A program made the position numbers and the translations under genes. Below the pieces are notes generated by a model that did not search any database, was not told the origin of the DNA, and worked only from the letters and a program-made list of their open reading frames with translations. Below are positions 21,252 to 31,700 of a stretch of DNA of 64,000 nucleotides, one piece after another. Numbering within the stretch: the stretch's first letter is position 1; each line of letters begins with the position of its first letter. The stretch is from Spirochaetia bacterium (lineage in GTDB: Bacteria > Spirochaetota > Spirochaetia > WTKD01 > G963693115), in assembly GCA_965226055.1 (NCBI GenBank), contig CBDDCA010000005.1:384001-448000 (forward strand). The letters run 5' to 3'.

Positions 21252-21818
21252 CTATTTTTTTATCTTGCTCCATACCAATGGAAACAAGAGAGCAGCAAAC
21301 AACATCTTTATTATATCACCAATAATAAAAGGGGTGAAGCCTAAGGCAAAAATTGGCTTATCCCAACCAAGAATAATGCCTAACTGTATCAGCCCGGGAA
21401 TGTAAATCACAATATTACCAATAAGCATAGCTACACATGTTTTTATAAATGAACGATCCCATCCTTTCTCCGATAGAAGACCAACGATATACGCAGCTAA
21501 TACAAAGCCGATAAGATACCCTCCTGTTGGACCAAGTATTGTTGCAATACCAGATTTAAATCCTGCAAACACTGGAATGCCTATAATTCCTTCTCCTAAA
21601 TACATAATAAGAGATAAAGCTCCATAGCGTGCCCCCAGTACCATACCAATAGACAATACCGCAAAAGTCTGTCCTGTTATTGGAACTAACGTAAAAGGAA
21701 GAGGAATAGTAATTTGTGCGCTTATAGCAATAACAATACTGCCTAAAAAAGCAAGCAAAATATTCTTAATCTTTGTGTTAACAACAGAAATAGTAATATA
21801 CGAGGATAAAACTTTCAT
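21252..21818 (-). CDS. bioY: Biotin transporter BioY (1)
   Basis: VPITGQTFAV, GIPVFAG, GPTGGYLIGF, FIIGDIIK. Confidence 0.93.
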   Translation of the reverse strand: MKVLSSYITISVVNTKIKNILLAFLGSIVIAISAQITIPLPFTLVPITGQTFAVLSIGMVLGARYGALSLIMYLGEGIIGIPVFAGFKSGIATILGPTGGYLIGFVLAAYIVGLLSEKGWDRSFIKTCVAMLIGNIVIYIPGLIQLGIILGWDKPIFALGFTPFIIGDIIKMLFAALLFPLVWSKIKK

Positions 21819-21910
21819 ACAATACTCCTTAAATAATAATACAAGTGTAGCATGTTATGCAAAACTATTCAATACTTACTCTAAAAACACATTAGGTATA
21901 CCTAGTATCA

Positions 21911-22360
21911 TTAAGGCTGTAATATATTTAAGTTCGTAATAGTATCTTTACTTCTGAAAAAAGTCCCTTCATATACTTGTATAAATAACTCAACTACGGC
22001 ATATACTTCTGCTTCAAATAAATGCCCTCCAAATACAGTACAATCTTTTGTTTTGTCCGTGAAATTTACATGGCTATGTACAAATAATTTCTCGTCTTCT
22101 CCTTCATTCTTTACAATTCCCACATTTCCAATAATACTTGTAAGTTCATACCCACCTTCATATTTTTTATTGGTATAAGATTTAGTTGGTCTATTGTATT
22201 CTCCTACATCTACATTGCAAATAGCCCCAATTCCTGAAAATGAAGCAGCTCGGATATTTTTACTCTGACAAAATGCTTCAATAGCAGCCTGTACCTTATC
22301 GCCTACATGTAATGCTAACATATAGGTTTCTCTAGGGATTAGTTTTCTTTCTACTTTCAT
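21911..22360 (-). CDS. PPC/DUF296 domain protein
   Basis: SGIGA, ELTSIIGN, HSH, GGHL. Confidence 0.88.
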   Translation of the reverse strand: MKVERKLIPRETYMLALHVGDKVQAAIEAFCQSKNIRAASFSGIGAICNVDVGEYNRPTKSYTNKKYEGGYELTSIIGNVGIVKNEGEDEKLFVHSHVNFTDKTKDCTVFGGHLFEAEVYAVVELFIQVYEGTFFRSKDTITNLNILQP

Positions 22361-22415
22361 ATATTTATTGTAAGATGAATATAAAAAAATTGCAATATGG
22401 AAATTCTAATCATTG

Positions 22416-22439
22416 CGGATTCAAGGATTAAATGCGACA
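22416..22439 (+). repeat. 24-bp direct repeat, copy 2
   Basis: cggattcaaggattaaatgcgaca. Confidence 0.75.
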
Positions 22440-22514
22440 AAGGATCAAACATCATTTTTAATATATTGATACAATAAGTATGTATACTTTATATTTTTCT
22501 AATAGGAGATTTTT

Positions 22515-23234
22515 ATGAAAAAAATTATATTACTTATCTTTATACTAATAACAATATCATCACAATATATATTTTCTGAAACAAAATTTTTTCTAGGGGG
22601 AACAACTACTTCTTTCCCGTCCTTTAGTACTCATACAGGAAAATATAACGAGAAAATTACTTACTTAAAAGATAATGATGTAGAAACAAATACTTCCTCT
22701 ACATACTCTCAATCATCTGATATTTCTCTCATACTAGGAATAAATCTTGATAAAATAATTGACATATATCTTGGTATAGGGAATGGAACTTTTAATACTT
22801 TTACCCTTCAATCAATAGACAACAGAGCTATGTCATTTCAATATTTCTTAACAAATAACATAAATATTCGTTATAATTTTTCGGCACTGGAATGGCTGAG
22901 CTTTTATGTTGCTTCAGGAGCAGGATTAGATATATATCTTATTTCTCTTATGGAAGAAAACAGCAATAGTAAATATGTAAGTTTTAGCTCTCATCCATTG
23001 GATTATTATCTTACACTCAGTGGTGGGGTATCGTTTCACCTTGGTGCCAACCATAATCATCGTATAGGTATTGGACCAAAAGGTAAGTTTTATATTACTG
23101 AAAACTTCGGATTAGAAAGAAAAAAACACAGTGCTACATTTACTACTGATAATGCAATAAGCCGAGAAGCAACATTTGATACACATAGTAGTTTTTTAAT
23201 GGGAATAGAATTTGAATATTCCTATACATTCTAA
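22515..23234 (+). CDS. Putative outer-membrane beta-barrel protein
   Basis: Signal peptide, amphipathic Gly/aromatic strands, C-terminal EYSYTF. Confidence 0.7.
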   Translation: MKKIILLIFILITISSQYIFSETKFFLGGTTTSFPSFSTHTGKYNEKITYLKDNDVETNTSSTYSQSSDISLILGINLDKIIDIYLGIGNGTFNTFTLQSIDNRAMSFQYFLTNNINIRYNFSALEWLSFYVASGAGLDIYLISLMEENSNSKYVSFSSHPLDYYLTLSGGVSFHLGANHNHRIGIGPKGKFYITENFGLERKKHSATFTTDNAISREATFDTHSSFLMGIEFEYSYTF

Positions 23235-23268
23235 CTCAAATCATACAATCAATGACTATTATTAAATA

Positions 23269-23341
23269 AGGCGTTGGGCGGATTCGAACCGCCGCATAAA
23301 GGTTTTGCAGACCTCTCCCTTAACCACTTGGGTACAACGCC
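23269..23341 (-). tRNA. tRNA-Cys (GCA), CCA not encoded
   Basis: Acceptor GGCGTTG/CAACGCC, anticodon loop CTGCAAA, T-arm GGTTCGAATCC, discriminator U. Confidence 0.97.
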
Positions 23342-23393
23342 ATTTATATTTTTATTATTCTTCCTAGAAATGATATTACTCTATCATTATTTT

Positions 23394-23834
23394 CTAAATG
23401 AGATCTGTCAACTTAAAGAAAATCTTAATCTCACGCTCAGCACTCTTTTCAGAATCTGATGCATGGATAACATTCTCTTGCACGAACAAAGCAAAATCTC
23501 CACGAATAGTACCTGGCTTAGCTTCTAATGGATTAGTCGCTCCAATAAGAGTACGCACCATACTTACTGCTTCCTCTCCTTGCCAGACCATAGCAATTAT
23601 TGGAGCTGACATATATTCAATTAGAGAGGAATAAAAAGGCTTATTCTTATGTTCTCGATATAAACTTTCAAGCTGTTTTTGTGTAGGAATACATGCTTTT
23701 AGTGATTTTAGTATCAATCCTTTTTGCTCAAAACGCTGGATAATATTTCCTACTATTCGTTTTTTTTCAAACCCTGGTTTAATCATTGTAAAGACACTTT
23801 GTATAGACATATTTTTATTATACTTATTTATCAC
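23394..23834 (-). CDS. ndk: Nucleoside diphosphate kinase
   Basis: MIKP, GATNP..A.PGTIRGDF, NVIHASDS; start may be 23810. Confidence 0.96.
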   Translation of the reverse strand: MINKYNKNMSIQSVFTMIKPGFEKKRIVGNIIQRFEQKGLILKSLKACIPTQKQLESLYREHKNKPFYSSLIEYMSAPIIAMVWQGEEAVSMVRTLIGATNPLEAKPGTIRGDFALFVQENVIHASDSEKSAEREIKIFFKLTDLI

Positions 23835-23930
23835 TCCTAGTGCAAGATATACATCATTTTTTTGGACTGTTACTCTCTCGTATACTCTATAAAGATACTG
23901 TAGTAACAGTCCCTTACTGCTCTTATGGTT

Positions 23931-23966
23931 CTATAGCAAGAAAGGAGCTATCCTTTCTTGCTATAG
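23931..23966 (-). terminator. Hairpin downstream of paralogue 2
   Basis: ctatagcaagaaagga-gcta-tcctttcttgctatag. Confidence 0.8.
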
Positions 23967-23987
23967 GTATGCGTCTCTTATGCTCTA

Positions 23988-26900
23988 CTATGAGCTACAT
24001 TGTGCAGATCCTTTGAATTTTGGATGTTTATTTGAAACTCCATCTAAAGGTGAACCTAAAAACATAGTGCCAATATCAGCTCCATCTGGTTTGAAATTAC
24101 ACATTTTCAAAGATGATAAATCTTGATTAAATACAGAGGCAGCGGTAAACATACTTATTGCATTACTAACCTTACTTACATCCCAATTTCCTATGTTTTG
24201 ATTAAATTTTTCAGCGCCAGCAAATATACTATGCATATTAGTAACCTCACTCACATCCCAATCTCCTATGTTTTGATCAAAAGCACTTGCTAGCTTAAAC
24301 ATACCCAGCATACTTGTTACATTACTGGTATTCCACCGTGTTATATTTCCATTAAAAATTTTATCATTATTGAATAAATCACTCATATCAGTAATGGCAC
24401 TGGTATCTATCATGTTGAGGTTGGGGCTATTGGTGTTTTGTCTGCTTGCTCCTCTTTCTGCAGTGATAATATCTTGCAATGCTTTCTTCGTTGTTGGTCT
24501 GTAATAGCTAGCTACTTGTCCTGCTAGCTTCACCAGTCCTGTCTCTACATTGATAGTCGCAAGTGCCTTTTGTCCTGAGTATGCTCCTGCAGAAGTAATG
24601 GTACACTCCACTACCTCATAGTTATACTCAGTTATAGCAGTATCATGTATGTTTGATTTATTTGCTGTGCCTGTTATTGTTACTGTATTGGTATTTTTTG
24701 CAAATGTTACTGTTAGACCTGTTTCTTCTTTGAGTGTGCTGTCATCTAAGGTGCTTTCATCACAGGTAAATGATAGTCCACTAGGACTGATACTGGTAAG
24801 TACTCTCGTTGTATTTTGTGCAAGTGCTGTGCCTACTGTTGCTGATACCTTTGTGGTATTTCCTATCGCTACTGCTGGTGTGCTGGCAGATACTGCTGTT
24901 GCTTCTGCTGATACTTTTGTCTTTTTAAGGCTGTTTACTGCTACTGCGGTGATATAGTATTTTGTATTCAATCGTAGATTGCTTATTGTATAGCTTGTTG
25001 CTCCTGTTGGCACATCATCTTTTTCTGCTCCTTCTTGTGCATCACTTGCTGCTTTTGCTTGCGTTTTTACTGTTGCTCCATCTATGTTTGTTTTTGAGGC
25101 TGCATAGTATACTATGTAATCTATTTGATTATCTCTTAAATCAGTTCCGTCTGCTGTCGTTCCTTTTACGGTAGGGGCTGTTATGGTAAGTACTATGGTA
25201 ACTCCTTGTGCATTTGCTTGTATGGTGGGCTTTCCTGGTGCGGCATAGGCTTCTTTTGCTTCAAATTCCTTTCGAACTCCTGTTGCTTCTTTGCTGGTAT
25301 CGGTGCTGTTTACTGCTTGTACTACTATTTCGTAAGTTGTGCCTACTGTCAATCCTGTCAGAGTGCTGTTGGTTGTATCTGCTGCTACTGTTGTGGAGCT
25401 TCCTGCTGCTGTTTTTATTTGTGCTACGCTTTTTGCACTGCCACTCTTGGCTACTTTGTATACTTTGTACGATACTTGTGCTACTGTTAGGGCATCTCCT
25501 TTGTTTGTTTTGTGGCTTGCATTGAGGCTGGGGGCTGTCCACGATAGCGTTGCACTCCCTCCTGTTACTCCCCCTACTTGTATGTTGCTTACTTCTGCGG
25601 GGGCAGTCGCTTGTGATGCGGTTGTTACACTTGCCACTGTCGATACTGCTTTTTTGCTTGTGTCTGTTTTTACTGCTACTTCTACCACAAAGTGATACTT
25701 TGTTGCTCCTTTTATTGCTACTACTGCTGCTGTTTCACTAGACAAGCCTAAACTGGCAAGGGCAGAGACAGTGTATACTCCGCTCCTTGCTGTGCCTATG
25801 TTTACTTTTCTCCCTCTTTGTACTTCTGCTACGGTAGCAGTGCTGTCTTTCTGTAAGCCGTACACTGTGTATACTAGCTCATCATTGCTTGTTACTGTTG
25901 TGCCATCTTTGTTTTTTGCTCCTGTTATTGTGCTTAACTGTGTGAGTACGAGCTTTATTGTTCCTGCTGTGCTTGTTGAGGGTGATACTACCAGCTTGCC
26001 TGTTAAGGACGATGTAGGGGCTGTTGCTTTTGAGGTAGGGATAGTGCTCAGTTCTAGTTTTTGTATCAGTGCGGGATCTTTGCTTTGTGCTTTCTTTGTT
26101 GCATAGGGATTGAGGCTGTTTATTGCTTCTATGCCTATGGTGTATACTGCTCCTTTTGTTCCTATAAATGTTCCTCGTAAACTGCTGTTTCCTGCTATCT
26201 CTTGTGTTTGTACTCCTCCCATTGCTTTTATTTCCGCTATGCTTTTAGTACTCTGGTCTCCTGCTACTATGTATACTTTGTACTGTATTTGTGCTTGTGT
26301 GAGTTGTCTGTCGTTGGGTGCTTTGTGGTTACTGGTAATTGTTCCTTTTTGAAACTCATACTGTACGGTATCGCTTGTTTGTGTTGATGTTTCAATAAAC
26401 AGTGATAGGCTTTCTGGTGCGGGTGGGACAGTGGATATTGCATCATGTACTGCTACTTTGTCAGTGAGCGTTGTTGGGGGGCTTACTCTGTTATTTTCTA
26501 CTGTGAGAAAGGTAAAGCTATAGCTTTTTGCATTTGCTTGTGTTGATGATACTTCTACGCCATCTGCTATGCCAAAGCTAATGGTGGTTGCTGTTCTTGT
26601 TATGCTTTTTTCTGCTACCAAGTTTGTGCTATCTAACATACGCAGAGTGTAGTATCTTCCTATGCCTGGAGCTTGCTTAAATGTTGCTTTTATTTGTATT
26701 GCTCCTGTACTTGTGTCTAGGGCGGGCTTGCTTTGAAAGAGATCTTCTGACGGAGCTGTGAGTGAGTTGGGGGTTGTTATGTCTTTTGTTGCTTTGCTAC
26801 TTTTGTTTTCTGAGTAATCATAGGTGAGTATTGTTACGGTATATGTTTTGCCTTGCACAAGTTCTTCGACAGAGAGTGATGTTGTGGGATAGGGTATTTT

Positions 26901-28554
26901 CTTCTCGTTCAGTACTGTGGTGCTTGTGCCTTTCTCTGCTATGCTTACACTGTATTCTTTTATGTCTTTGTTATTGGCTTTTGTTATATCGGGGGCTGTC
27001 CATGTTATCTTGTGTGCCTACCTTTGTATTTGATACAAAAGGATAGCTTGCTTGTATGCTTGTCACTGCATCGGGGGCGGTGCTATCTGCTGCTGTGGTT
27101 ACTGTGGCTGTTGCTTCTGTTCCTTTATTGCCTACACTGTCCATTGATACGACTGCCACTGTATACTCGGTGGTTGCTTTGAGGCCTGTTATCTGCGTGT
27201 TGCGTACTGCTCTCTCTGTTATTGTCACTGTCTTTGCTGGAGAACTGCTGTCCTTTTCTGTTGCTGTTATAGTCACTCCTGCATAGTCTCGTACATCGGG
27301 TGCTTGCCAGCCTACTACTATGCTTGTTGCTCCTCCTACTACACTTACATTGGTCGCGGGCTTTGTTGTCTTGTCTGTTGTTGCTTGTTCTTTTGACACT
27401 GCAGTAGAGTACTTTCCGTTTTGAGAAACATACACTTCTACTTTGTACGTAAGCGTGCCGTAGAGTTTTGTGAGGGCTATGCCGTCCTTTGCTACATACA
27501 CAGTTGCATATTCTTTGTTTTGTGCGGTTGCACTGCTGAGTGCTGCAGTACTGCTATTGTTCACAGTTGCTTCTGCTACTACTGTATTTGTTGCTTTTGT
27601 TGTTACTCGTACTAAGAGGCTTTTGTCGGTAAAGGCAAAGCTCCCCCACATAATAAGCAAGCTCTCATCGGCTGGGCTATTGCTTTTATCGTTTGCTGTT
27701 ACTGTAAGGTCTGATGCAGAAAGTGGCGTTACTGTTTGTGAAAGCTGGGATGCTTGCACGCCTGTCAATACTGTTGTAAGACTGCTTGTGTTGTCATTTC
27801 TGTCTTTGTAGCGTATTTCTACATCATAGGATATGCCTGCAAGCGTGGAGACATTTGAAAGTATAACTTCTCCTTGCTGTAGGTTCTGCACGGTAGCTTG
27901 TGCAAGCACTATGCCACCAGTTGTGCTTTTTACCACTATCGTTGCTTCGGCTATATCTGTTTTGCCTGATGCAAGTCGCTCTTTGTCCCATGTTATTTTT
28001 ATGCCATCCCCCGATTTCTCTACTCCTACCTGTGTCAATGTGTCCTGTGGTGCAGTAGTATCTACCAGTGTTGTCACGGAGCGTGTTGTTTTTGGTGATA
28101 CTTCTGTGTCTTTTTGTGCTTCTATCTCTACGGTGTAGTTGGTGAGGGCTTGTAAGCCTTTGAGTTGGTACGATTGTCCTTGTTGAAAGAGTGTTTGATA
28201 TTCTATGGCAGGAACACGCACTTCTATTGATTGTGCTGGTGTCGTTGATGTAGCTTTTACTACTACATGCGTGGCATCACTGGGAGCTTGCCAGCGTAAC
28301 GAGAGCGTCCCATCGTTGCTTGCTGCTTGTATCTGCACATTGGACACTGATGCGAGTGTCGGTGCTACTGGTGTTCCCCCTCCGCCTGATGAGGAACTGC
28401 TACTGCCCTCCGAACATCCTACGAGTATGAGGATTGCTAGCACTAAAAATAATGCTACTAGAGTTAGGTTTTGCTTATATTGAGAGTGTACCCCCCCCCC
28501 CCCCCCGATTTTTTTCACGCTGTATAGCTCTTTGCTTTTGTAGCTATCATTCAT
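23988..28554 (-). pseudogene. Surface lipoprotein paralogue 2 (FN3 stalk + DUF285 tip), split by a 1-bp insertion
   Basis: ORFs 26971-28554 and 23988-26858 together are collinear with paralogue 3; extra base at 27010-27011 (atcttgtgtg vs atctgtgtg); AAGGAG RBS before ATG 28554; lipobox LILVGC. Confidence 0.85.
28491..28506 (-). repeat. G16 homopolymer in the 5' coding region of paralogue 2
   Basis: 16 C on + strand; reads IGGGGGV in frame ahead of the signal-peptide h-region. Confidence 0.92.
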
Positions 28555-28646
28555 AGAAATACTCCTTACTATTTGTTTTATTGTATATAGTATTATACAC
28601 AATAATATTATAGCACAAAATAGTATTTTATATATCTATAAAGAAC

Positions 28647-28678
28647 ATAGCAAGAAAGGAACTATCCTTTCTTGCTAT
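28647..28678 (-). terminator. Hairpin downstream of paralogue 3
   Basis: atagcaagaaagga-acta-tcctttcttgctat; same stem as 23931-23966. Confidence 0.8.
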
Positions 28679-28705
28679 AAGCTGTATTTCTATACTATGC
28701 TACGA

Positions 28706-31700
28706 CTAAGGACATGCTACTTTATCAGTGCTATCTTTTGGGTACTGTGCCGTTTTTCCCTCCATAGCCGAACCTGAGAAATCAGAATTCTTAATTCTTA
28801 CTTTACATATTTTCCATGATGATAAATCTTGATCAAAATTAGAGGCATCCTCAAAAATATCGCTAATGTGATTAACACTCGCTACTTTCCAATTTCCTAT
28901 GTCTTTATTAAAAGATGTTCTACGAAACATCGAATCCATCTTTGTAACACTACTCACATCCCAGCTTCCTATATCTTGATTAAAGGCACTTGCTCCATTG
29001 AACATATCACTCATCATAATAACCTTACTCACATCCCAATCTCCTATATCTTGATTAAAAGCACTTGAGTTCAAAAACATATATTGCATATTTCCTACAT
29101 TACTGGTATTCCACCGTGTTATGTCTCCATTAAAAGTACTATCGCTATCAAATAAACTACTCATATCTATAATAGCACTGGTGTCTATTATGCTGAGGTT
29201 GGGGCTATTAGTGTTTTGTCTGCCTGCTCCTCTTTCTGCAGTGATAATAGCTTTAAGTTCTGTCCTGCCTGTTGGTCTATAATAGCTAGCTGACTGTCCT
29301 GCTAGTTTCACCAGTCCTGTCTCTACATTGATAGTCGCAAGTACTTTTCCTCCTGAATAAGATCCCGAAGTAATTGTACATTGCACTACCCCATAGTTAT
29401 ACTCAGTAATAGCAGAGTCATGTATGTTTGATTTATTTGCTATGCCTGTTATCGTTACTGTATTGGTATTTTTTGCAAATGTTACTGTTAAGCCTGTTTC
29501 TTTTTTGAGTGTGCTGTTATCGTTATCTATTGTGCTTTCATCACAGGTAAATGATAGTCCACTAGGACTAATACTGGCAAGTACTCTCGTAGTATGTGCT
29601 GATGTTGGTGCTGAGCCTACTGTTGCTGATACCTTTGTGGTATTTCCTATCGCTACTGCTGGTGTGCTGGCAGATACTGCTGTTGCTTCTGCTGATACCT
29701 TTGTCTTTTTGAGGCTGTTTACTGCTACTGCGGTGATATAGTATTTTGTATTCAATCGTAGGTTGCGTATTGTATAGCTTGTTGCTCCTGTTGGTACATC
29801 GTCTTTTTCTGCTCCTTCTTGTGCATCACTTGCTCCTTGTGCTTGTGTTTTTACTGTTGCTCCATCTATGTCTTTTGTTGAGGCTGCATAGTATACTATA
29901 TAATCTATTTGATTATCTCTTAAATCAGTTCCATCTGCTGTCGTTCCTTTCACAGTAGGGGCTGTTATGGTAAGTACTATGGTAACTCCTTGTGCATTTG
30001 CTTGTATGGTGGGCTTTCCTGGTGATACATAGGCTTCTTTTGCTATAAACTCCTTGCGTTCTCCTGTTGCTTCTTTGTTGGTATCGGTGCTGTTTACTGC
30101 TTGTACTACTATTTCGTAAGTTGTGCCTACTGTCAATCCTGTCAGAGTGCTGTTGGTTGTGCCTGCTGCTACTGCTGTGGAGCTTCCTGCTGCTGTTTTT
30201 ATTGCTGCTACGCTTTTTGCACTGCCACTCTTGGCTACTTTGTATACTTTGTACGATACTTGTGCTACTGTTAGGGTAGCTCCTTTGTTTGTTTTGTGGC
30301 TTGCATTGAGGCTGGGGGCTGTCCACGATATTGTTGCATTGCCTCCGTCTACTCCCCCTACTTGTATGTTGCTTACTTCTGCGGGGGCAGTCGCTTGTGA
30401 TGCGGTTGTTACACTTGCCACTGTCGATACTGCTTTTTTGCTTGTGTCTGTTTTTACTGCTACTTCTACCACAAAATGATACTTTGTCGCTCCCTTTATT
30501 GCTACTACTGGTGCTGTTTCGCTAGACAAGCCTAAACTGGCAAGGGCTGGTACTGTGTACACTCCACTACTTACACTGCCTAGGTTTACTTTTCTGCCTG
30601 CAAGTACTTCTGCTACTGTTGGAGTGGTGTCTTTCTGTAAGCCGTATACTGTGTATACGAGCTCATCATTGCTTGTTACTGTTGTGCCATCTTTGTTTTT
30701 TGCTCCTGTTATTGTGCTTAACTGTGTGAGTACGAGCTTTATTGTTCCTACTGTGTTTGTTGAGGGTGATACTACCAGCTTGCCTGTTAAGGACGATGTA
30801 GGGGCTGTTGCTTTTGAAGTAGGGATAGTGCTTAATTCTAGTTTTTGTATCAGTGCAGGGTCTTTACTTTGTGCTTTCTTTGTCGCATAGGGATTGAGGC
30901 TGTTTATTGCTTCTATACCTATGGTGTATACTGCTCCTTTTGTTCCTATAAATGTTCCTCGTAAGCTGCTGTTTCCTGCTATCTCTTGCGTTTGTACTCC
31001 TCCCATTGCTTTTATTTCACCTATGCTTTTAGTACTCTGGTCTCCTGCTACTATGTATACTTTGTACTGTATTTGTGCTTGTGTGAGTTGTCTGTCGTTG
31101 GGTGCTTTGTGCTTGCTGGTAATTGTTCCTTTTTGAAAATCATACTGCACGGTATCGCTTGTTTGTGTTGATGTTTCAATAAACAGAGTGAGATTCTCTG
31201 GTGCGGGTGGGACAGTGGATACTGCATCATATACTGCTACTTTATCAGTGAGCGTTGTTGGAGGGCTTACTCTGTTATTTTCTACTGTAAGAAAGGTAAA
31301 GCTATAGCTTTTTGCATTTGCTTGCGTTGAGGATACTTCTATGCCATCTGCTATGCCAAAGCTAATGGTGGTTGCTGTACTTGTTATGCTTTTTTCTGCT
31401 ACCAAGTTTGTGCCATCTAACATACGCAGGGTGTAGTACTTATTTGATCCAGGAGCTTGCTTAAATGTTGCTTTTATTTGTATGACTCCTGTTGTTGTGT
31501 CTAGGGCAGGCTTGTTTTGAAAGAGATCTTCTGAGGGAGCTGTGAGTGAGTTGGGGGTGGTTATGTCTTTTGTGGCTTGGCTACTTTTGTTTCCTGCATA
31601 GTCTATGGCTTGTATTGTTATGGTGTATGTTTTGCCTTGCGTGAGTTCTTCTACAGAGAGTGATGTTGTGGGATAGGGTATTTTCTTCTCACTCAGTACT

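Noticed and set aside
23274-23459. ORF MGGFEPPHKGFADL
   Set aside because: Antisense reading of tRNA-Cys
23988-24420. Diversity-generating retroelement acting on the tips
   Set aside because: No reverse transcriptase or non-coding template repeat in the window; the differences include indels and repeat-number changes, and I saw no adenine-only pattern
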